This document shows, one piece after another, positions 60,144 to 64,000 of a stretch of DNA of 64,000 nt; within the stretch, counting starts at the first letter, position 1, and each line of letters starts with the position of its first letter. The translations under genes were made by a program, and so were the position numbers. Source of the stretch: an uncultured Candidatus Rokubacteria bacterium (GTDB taxonomy: Bacteria; Methylomirabilota; Methylomirabilia; Rokubacteriales; CSP1-6); the NCBI GenBank assembly GCA_963754315.1, contig CAVWFS010000001.1, positions 320,001 to 384,000 of the forward strand. Direction: 5' to 3'. The notes beneath the pieces were generated by a model. It saw only the letters and a list, made by a program, of their open reading frames with translations, searched no databases and was not told where the DNA came from.

Positions 60144-60992
60144 TCACCACCAGAGGCCGGTTACCACCGCCACCAGCATGATCACCGCGATGTAGCCGTT
60201 GACGTTGAAGAAGGCGATGTCGAGCCGTGAGAGGTCGCGCGGACTTACCAGTGAGTGCTCATAGACAAAGAGCGCCACCACCGCCGCCCAGCCCACCCAG
60301 TAGAAAGGGCCAAGCCCCTCCATCCACCCGAGCGCAGCCAGGGCCAGCGCCGTCAGCGCGTGGTTGATGCGCGCGAGGGCGAGCGCAGGGCCCACCCCGA
60401 AGCGGGCGGGGACAGAGTGAAGTCCCTGGGCACGGTCGACCTCGACGTCCTGGCAGGCATAGATGAGGTCGAAGCCGGCGATCCACACCGTCACCGCGAA
60501 CCACAGCACCAGGGCCGGCGCATCGAACTGGGCGCGCACGGCGATCCAGCCGGCGCCCGCTGCAATCCCGTCGGTGAAGCCGAGGATCCAGTGAGAGAGC
60601 CACGTGAAGCGCTTCGTGTAGGAGTAGCCGACGAGAAATGCGAGGGCCAGCGGGGCCAGCACGAGACACAGGCGATTGAGCATGCCAGCGGCGACGAACA
60701 TCAGCACCGCCCCTGCCAGCGCCAGCAGGCGCAAGGTGCTGACCTTCAGGGTGCCCCGCGGGAGGTGGCGGCCTGCGGTGCGCGGGTTGCGCGCGTCCAG
60801 GTGACGGTCGATCACCCGGTTGGCGGCCATCGCGCACGTGCGCGCGCCGGCCATGGCGAGGGTGACCCAGATCACCGCCCACCAGCCCGGCCAGCCTCCC
60901 GCCGCCAGCACCATGGCGATATAGGCGAAGGGCAGCGCGAAGACGGTGTGCTCGAACTTGATGGCGTCCAGCAGGTGGCGGACGGTGCTCAG
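60144..60992 (-). CDS. mqnP: UbiA-like prenyltransferase (MqnP-type)
   Basis: IKFEHTVFALPF, NRVIDRHLDARNPRT, YSYTKRF, GFDLIYACQD, AFFNVN; apparent CTG start. Confidence 0.88.
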   Translation of the reverse strand: MSTVRHLLDAIKFEHTVFALPFAYIAMVLAAGGWPGWWAVIWVTLAMAGARTCAMAANRVIDRHLDARNPRTAGRHLPRGTLKVSTLRLLALAGAVLMFVAAGMLNRLCLVLAPLALAFLVGYSYTKRFTWLSHWILGFTDGIAAGAGWIAVRAQFDAPALVLWFAVTVWIAGFDLIYACQDVEVDRAQGLHSVPARFGVGPALALARINHALTALALAALGWMEGLGPFYWVGWAAVVALFVYEHSLVSPRDLSRLDIAFFNVNGYIAVIMLVAVVTGLWW

Positions 60993-62452
60993 AGGCCGTA
61001 GTCCTTCCAGCGGCGCGTCACCAGGGCTTGGATCTCCTCGCTCATGCGGATCTCGTCTGGCCACGGCTGGCTGATGTCGTCCAAGGGACCCTTCTCGGTG
61101 GCGTCGATGCCGAGCTTGCCGCCGAAGCGGTGACGAAGCGCGGCGTGGTCGAGGTCGTCCATGGGCCCGTCGATGAGCATGAGATCGCGCCGAGGATCGA
61201 TGTTGCCGGTGGCGCGCCACGCCACCTCGGAGAGATCGTGCACGTTCACGTGATCGCTGACCACGACGATGGTCTTGGCGAGCATCATCAGGCCCATCCC
61301 CCAGAGCGCGCTCATCACCTTGCGCGCGTGGCCGGGGTAGCGCTTGCGGATAGCGACGATGACGAGGTTGTGGAACACGCCCTCGGCCGGCATGTTCATG
61401 TCCACCACCTCGGGCAGCATGAGCTTGATGATGGGCAGGAACAGCCGTTCGGTGGCCTTGCCGAGCCAGTAGTCCTCCTGCGGCGGACGTCCAACCAGGG
61501 TGGCCGGGTAGATCGGACGCGCGCGGCGGGTGACCGCCGTGAGGTGGAACACCGGATAGTCACGGGCGAGCGAGTAATAGCCCGTGTGGTCGCCGAAGGG
61601 ACCCTCGAGCCGTTGTTCGCCAGGATCGACGTAGCCCTCCAGCACGATCTCCGCCTCGGCCGGCACCTCGAGGTCGACCGTGCGGCAGGAGACAAGCTCG
61701 ACACCGCTGCCGCGCAGCCAGCCCGCGAAGACCACCTCGTCCACTCCCGGCGGCAGCGGCGCCGATGCCGCGTAGATCATGGCCGGGTCGCCGCCGAGAG
61801 TGATGGCCACCGGCATGCGTGCCGACGCGGGGCCACGAGCCTCGCCGGCGACCCGCTGGTGCTCGGCCCCGCCCTTGTGGGTCTGCCAGTGCATGCCGAG
61901 CGTCTGGTCGTCGAAGACTTGAAGGCGGTACATCCCGACGTTGCGCGCCCCCGTGCGCGGGTCACGTGTGAACACGCCGGGCAGGGTGATGTAGCGGCCG
62001 CCGTCGTCCGGCCAGCACCGGAGGGCCGGGATGTCTGCCAGCGACGGTCGCGCCGTCTCGACCACCTCCTGGCACGGCCCCGTGCTCACGCGCCGGGGCC
62101 CGGCCTTCGCGATGTCGATGAAGCTTCCAAGCTTCTTCAGCTTTTCGGCAAACGTGCCAGGCATCTTGAGGTCGAGAAGCCTGGCGAGCCGCTCGCCCAG
62201 CTCGTCCAGACGCTCGACGCCGAGCGCGCAGGCCATGCGCTCCGACGAGCCGAACGCGTTGATGAGCACAGGCATCTCGAAGCCGTCTACCTGCTCGAAG
62301 AGGAGGGCGACGTTCCCGGCGGGCGGGCCCTTCGAGACGCGGTCGACAATCTCGCTGATCTCGAGATCGCGCGCCACACGCGCGCCGATGCGCTTGAGTT
62401 GCCCTCGCTTCTCGAGCAGTGCCACGAATTCCTGGAGGTTGCGCGCGACCAT
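60989..62452 (-). CDS. mqnL: UbiD-family menaquinone biosynthesis decarboxylase (MqnL-type)
   Basis: RNVGMYRLQ, MHWQTHKGGA, EGPFGDHTGYY, GRPPQED, GGKLGIDAT. Confidence 0.92.
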   Translation of the reverse strand: MVARNLQEFVALLEKRGQLKRIGARVARDLEISEIVDRVSKGPPAGNVALLFEQVDGFEMPVLINAFGSSERMACALGVERLDELGERLARLLDLKMPGTFAEKLKKLGSFIDIAKAGPRRVSTGPCQEVVETARPSLADIPALRCWPDDGGRYITLPGVFTRDPRTGARNVGMYRLQVFDDQTLGMHWQTHKGGAEHQRVAGEARGPASARMPVAITLGGDPAMIYAASAPLPPGVDEVVFAGWLRGSGVELVSCRTVDLEVPAEAEIVLEGYVDPGEQRLEGPFGDHTGYYSLARDYPVFHLTAVTRRARPIYPATLVGRPPQEDYWLGKATERLFLPIIKLMLPEVVDMNMPAEGVFHNLVIVAIRKRYPGHARKVMSALWGMGLMMLAKTIVVVSDHVNVHDLSEVAWRATGNIDPRRDLMLIDGPMDDLDHAALRHRFGGKLGIDATEKGPLDDISQPWPDEIRMSEEIQALVTRRWKDYGL

Positions 62453-62459
62453 CGACGGG

Positions 62460-62963
62460 TCAGTCGTGGTGGAAGACGGAGATGAGCCAGCCGGCCAGCA
62501 CGGGGAAGGCGAAGCTCGACAGGACGCGCACGCCGACGAAGGGCCAGCCCATGAGGGGCGCCTCCCAGGAGATGATCCGCTGCAGCCCGAAGAGTGACCA
62601 TGCGGTCATGTAGGCCACCAGCGGTGGGAGGGCGGCCCCCGAGTTGGCGAGGACGACCAGGAGGGGCACGGTGACCATGGGCCCACCCGGGGTCAGCATG
62701 CCGATAACGGACGCGATGACGATTGCCTTGAACCCGCCCTCGCGCCCGAAATAGCGGGCCACGAGGTCGGCTGGAATGACCACCTGGAGTAACCCGGCCA
62801 GGATGATGGCCGGAACCATGCGGGGAAGGACGAACCAGAGCATCTGCACCCCGTTGCGAGCGCCAATCATGGGAAGGCTCGGATCCTTGACGTAGGCGAC
62901 GATGGCCATGGCGACCGCCAGGATTGTCAAGACGACGATCGATAGATCGATGGGCAGCCGCAT
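62460..62963 (-). CDS. Predicted permease (small membrane protein)
   Basis: GMLTPGGP, VAYMTAWS, WEAPLMG; RBS gaggag. Confidence 0.7.
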   Translation of the reverse strand: MRLPIDLSIVVLTILAVAMAIVAYVKDPSLPMIGARNGVQMLWFVLPRMVPAIILAGLLQVVIPADLVARYFGREGGFKAIVIASVIGMLTPGGPMVTVPLLVVLANSGAALPPLVAYMTAWSLFGLQRIISWEAPLMGWPFVGVRVLSSFAFPVLAGWLISVFHHD

Positions 62964-63052
62964 CGGGACTCCTCTTTCTGGATCGACGGCCCCGATTATG
63001 TCACCGCGTAACGTTATTGACAGCATCGTAACGTGCGCGTAGAGAAGATGGG

Positions 63053-63325
63053 GTGACGAAGGCAGACCTCGTCTCCATCATGGCCAAAGCGTCGGGGAGC
63101 TCCAAGGCATCGGCAGAGAAGGCTGTGAATGTTTTTCTCACCTGCGTGCTGGAGGCGATGCGCCGCCGGGAGCGGGTGACCATCAGCGGGTTCGGAACGT
63201 TCGTGGTGACTCGCCGCGCCGCCCGCAACGGTCGCAACCCCCGCACGGGGCGGGAAATCACGATCCCGCCGGCCCGGGTACCCCGATTCCGGCCAAGCCG
63301 GGTGCTGAAGTCGGCGCTACGCTGA
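63053..63325 (+). CDS. hup: HU family DNA-binding protein
   Basis: MTKADLV, GFGTF, RNGRNPRTG.EI.IP..RVPRF. Confidence 0.93.
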   Translation: MTKADLVSIMAKASGSSKASAEKAVNVFLTCVLEAMRRRERVTISGFGTFVVTRRAARNGRNPRTGREITIPPARVPRFRPSRVLKSALR

Positions 63326-63361
63326 GTTGTGGTACTGTTGATCGTCGCCTCGCGGAGAAGG

Positions 63362-63435
63362 TGGGGGATCGTCTAGGGGTAGGACGCCAGGTTCTGGCCC
63401 TGGTAGCGGGGGTTCGAATCCTCCTCCCCCAGCCA
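63362..63435 (+). tRNA. tRNA-Gln (CTG)
   Basis: Acceptor stem tggggga/tccccca; anticodon arm ccagg-ttCTGgc-cctgg; GTTCGAATC; encoded CCA. Confidence 0.95.
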
Positions 63436-63471
63436 CTTCCCGCTGACCGCGTCGGCGCGACGTCGGTAGAC

Positions 63472-63547
63472 GGCCCCATCGTCTAGAGGCCCAGGACACG
63501 GCCCTCTCAAGGCTGAAACGGGGGTTCGAATCCCCCTGGGGCCACCA
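63472..63547 (+). tRNA. tRNA-Glu (CTC)
   Basis: ggcccca...tggggcc-ACCA; anticodon arm cggcc-ctCTCaa-ggctg; GTTCGAATC. Confidence 0.95.
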
Positions 63548-63790
63548 GTTCTAGGCGCACTTGTCGATGACACTTCAAGTAGTCCTTGAGCGTCAGAATC
63601 GGCGAACAGACTCCAGGCAGCTCGCGTGCTGCGAGCCGATGCGAGCTCCTTGTTGGGCGTCACCGTCGGCCCCGGGCTACTTGGCCTGCAGCGTGGCGAC
63701 GAGGAACTCTTTGATTGCCTAGGGGATCGTCGGCGATCGTCGTTCCGCGTGCGACGCACGGGTCGCTGGCGTAGGTGAATGAGTAGTGAC

Positions 63791-63858
63791 GCCCAACGCG
63801 CCCGTTGATCGGCCGCGGCGAGCGAAGGCGAGCCAGCGGTCCGGAACGTGTGTTGGGC
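63791..63858 (-). mobile_element. Integron attC-like recombination site
   Basis: Minus strand: GCCCAAC...cgtt-ccggaccgc-tggctcgccttcgctcgcc-gcggccg-atcaacg...GTTGGGC; 68 bp; starts 16 nt after a stop codon. Confidence 0.65.
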
Positions 63859-63874
63859 AGGCAAGCCTCCCAAC

Positions 63875-64000
63875 TCACTTCACCGGCACCGCACCATTAG
63901 CGACGATGACTGCCTCGCCGGCGGAACTACGAACGAACTCAATGAACATGGCGACAGCCGGAGGTGGCGTCGCCTTCGTAACCAGGAATGAGTCTCGCGT
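63875..64000 (-). CDS. C-terminus of a PstS-like periplasmic binding protein (cut by window edge)
   Basis: TRDSFLVTKATPPPAVAMFIEFVRSSAGEAVIVANGAVPVK* resembles phosphate-binding PBP C-termini. Confidence 0.55.
   Translation of the reverse strand, partial: TRDSFLVTKATPPPAVAMFIEFVRSSAGEAVIVANGAVPVK

Overview
High-GC bacterial chromosomal segment. Gene content and style suggest a Rokubacteria/Methylomirabilota-like soil or sediment organism; this is inference only. The sequence looks like an unpolished long read: about a dozen single-base frameshifts in otherwise intact genes and one AG-rich stretch at ~55.0-55.8 kb that is probably a basecalling artefact. Contents in order: two tandem Liv-type ABC transporter/acyl-CoA ligase operons with an exported truncated globin; uvrA, pyk and a six-GAF hybrid histidine kinase; aminotransferases; a sigma54/NtrC-type nitrogen module (internally deleted amt, glnK, a putative porin, a stand-alone Fis/NtrC-type HTH); a redox/metal island (44.6-50.6 kb); a Cya2-like nucleotidyl cyclase; cell-wall hydrolases; futalosine-pathway menaquinone genes; HU; tRNA-Gln and tRNA-Glu; and attC-like sites at the right edge. 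Main signals hidden from the ORF track: (i) three thiol-oxidoreductase genes, each split by an in-frame TGA exactly at the first Cys of CxxC and followed by a SECIS-like hairpin, i.e. probable selenoproteins. One is a signal-peptide thioredoxin paired with CcdA, lying ~3 kb from a bufferin-type (DUF2282/DUF692/DUF2063) RiPP cluster that lacks its usual DoxX gene. (ii) Seven genes whose start codon lies 6-7 nt after a TANNNT box (probable leaderless mRNAs). (iii) Integron-type attC sites next to tRNA-Glu.
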